A DNA stretch of 64,000 nt. It comes from Camelus ferus (lineage: Eukaryota). The stretch lies in the NCBI RefSeq assembly GCF_009834535.1, contig NC_045698.1, positions 4,528,001 to 4,592,000 on the forward strand, written 5' to 3'. The notes under the pieces were generated by a model. That model was not told the DNA's origin and ran no database searches. It saw only the letters and a program-made list of their open reading frames with translations. Position 1 is the first letter of the stretch; the number at the start of each line of letters is the position of its first letter. Below are positions 63,831-64,000 of this stretch, in pieces. A program made the translations under genes and the position numbers.

Positions 63831-64000
63831 TGAAGAAAACCTCTCTTGGTGAACACAGAATCACTAGCACACAGTGCAGGTGGCTCTCTCTCTCTCTCTC
63901 TCCCTCCCTCTCTCCCCCACCCCCTTTCCCTCATCATATTATTTGCTTCCTGGGGACCAGAGATTACCCACAAGCTGTTGTAACCCACTGACTACTCTAG

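Noticed and set aside
1..64000. A novel multi-gene system, CRISPR array or prokaryote-style operon
   Set aside because: The window is intron/exon-structured mammalian DNA with one recognisable gene. I saw no repeat-spacer array and no cluster of long, coding-like ORFs.

Overview
This is mammalian genomic DNA, very probably from a camelid: it carries two tRNA-derived vic-1-like SINEs and young artiodactyl-type L1 3' ends. The only protein-coding gene I can support is steroid 5-alpha-reductase type 1 (SRD5A1) on the + strand. Coding exons 2-5 (5925-6091, 9390-9491, 11152-11302, 15089-15155) splice in frame to a stop, and the 3' UTR ends near 16.4 kb. Exon 1 lies upstream of the window. The remaining ~47 kb is repeat-rich intergenic sequence: L1s of several ages, MaLR/ERVL relics, four solo LTRs with perfect target-site duplications (TSDs), SINEs and simple repeats. 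I see no evidence of a new multi-gene biological system, and almost all ORFs in the supplied track are spurious or repeat-derived. The most interesting items are (i) an apparent retroposed, unidentified mRNA 3' UTR of about 4 kb, visible only after excising two nested L1s; (ii) a MER41-like LTR with an intact STAT GAS motif; (iii) a near full-length Cheshire-type hAT fossil in intron 1; (iv) two young solo LTRs pointing antisense into the SRD5A1 3' end; (v) a rare GAG splice acceptor; and (vi) two strong CTCF motifs. Repeat subfamily names come from my recollection of consensus sequences, and repeat boundaries without a TSD are approximate.
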